Origin: an uncultured Planctomycetaceae bacterium | GTDB lineage: Bacteria > Planctomycetota > Planctomycetia > Pirellulales > PALSA-1355 | Length of the DNA: 64,000 nucleotides | Direction: 5' to 3' | NCBI GenBank assembly: GCA_963785305.1 | Contig: CAWAUV010000005.1 | Location: forward strand, 480,001-544,000 | Part shown: positions 63,713 to 64,000 of the stretch, piece by piece | Layout of the letters: every line of letters starts with the position of its first letter | Position numbering within the stretch: the first letter of the stretch is position 1 | Translations under genes and position numbers: made by a program | The notes under the pieces: model-generated | Told to the model about the DNA's origin: nothing | Databases searched by the model: none | Seen by the model: the letters and a program-made list of their open reading frames with translations, nothing else

Positions 63713-64000
63713 ATGATCGTCGCATCGCCCAAATCGTTCGACGCGTGGCGGCTGGTCGCTCGCCGCCTGCTTGCGAGTGGCGTCGTGCCCGAGCAAGTCG
63801 AGTGGCGTCGCGTTTCGCCGCCGACGCCGTCACGAACAAGACACAGCGCCCCTTCGGGCCGATCGCGACTCGGCGGGCGGACCGAGCGGCCCAAGGTTTG
63901 GGTGGCGGTTCCGCGGGTGTTTCTCGAGTTGGCGAGTCTCGTGGCCTATCACCGTGATCCGGAGCGGTGGGACCTTTTGTATCGGGCGTGTGGCGTATCA
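63713..64000 (+). CDS. N-terminus of a DUF4130/TIGR03915 (UdgX-associated) protein, runs off the window
   Basis: AGGAGG RBS; FDAWRLVARRLLASGVVPEQVEW and VPRVFLELASLVAYHRDPERWDLLYR. Confidence 0.8.
   Translation, partial: MIVASPKSFDAWRLVARRLLASGVVPEQVEWRRVSPPTPSRTRHSAPSGRSRLGGRTERPKVWVAVPRVFLELASLVAYHRDPERWDLLYRACGVS

Overview
High-GC bacterial DNA whose gene content (sulfatase, DUF1080 fusion, ISAzo13/IS1380 elements, lpxC-lpxA-skp, nuo subunits with long loops) fits a planctomycete, probably Pirellulales-like; this is inference. Single-base frameshifts occur even in core genes (nuoH/L/M/N, lpxA), so they are most likely long-read indel errors and are not used as evidence of pseudogenisation. 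From left to right: (1) a decayed polymorphic-toxin locus (YD/RHS fragments, HINT plus AHH-type nuclease toxin tip, Imm11-like immunity gene) invaded by nested IS elements and a 185-bp MITE; (2) xylA, YihY, nuoHJKLMN, GH57 and an rRNA methyltransferase; (3) a phage-type head/neck/tail-tube module at 23.4-32.1 kb; (4) Gfo/Idh/MocA-lpxA-lpxC-skp and proC; (5) an AT-richer defence-like islet (aGPT-Pplase3, HEPN-like protein, IS3, IS1380, IS21 end); (6) sulfatase and esterase genes; (7) a second co-oriented phage-type module at 51.4-60.5 kb (CsrA, papain-like protease, thioredoxin, di-heme peroxidase, secreted proteins, TerS/TerL); (8) a VWA protein and the start of a DUF4130/UdgX-associated gene. 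The most notable signal is the phage-derived structural and packaging gene set split across two loci. It is embedded among core genes, shows no recognisable integrase, replication, portal or tape-measure gene in the window, and carries host repeats at stop codons. It is a candidate domesticated, gene-transfer-agent-like system.
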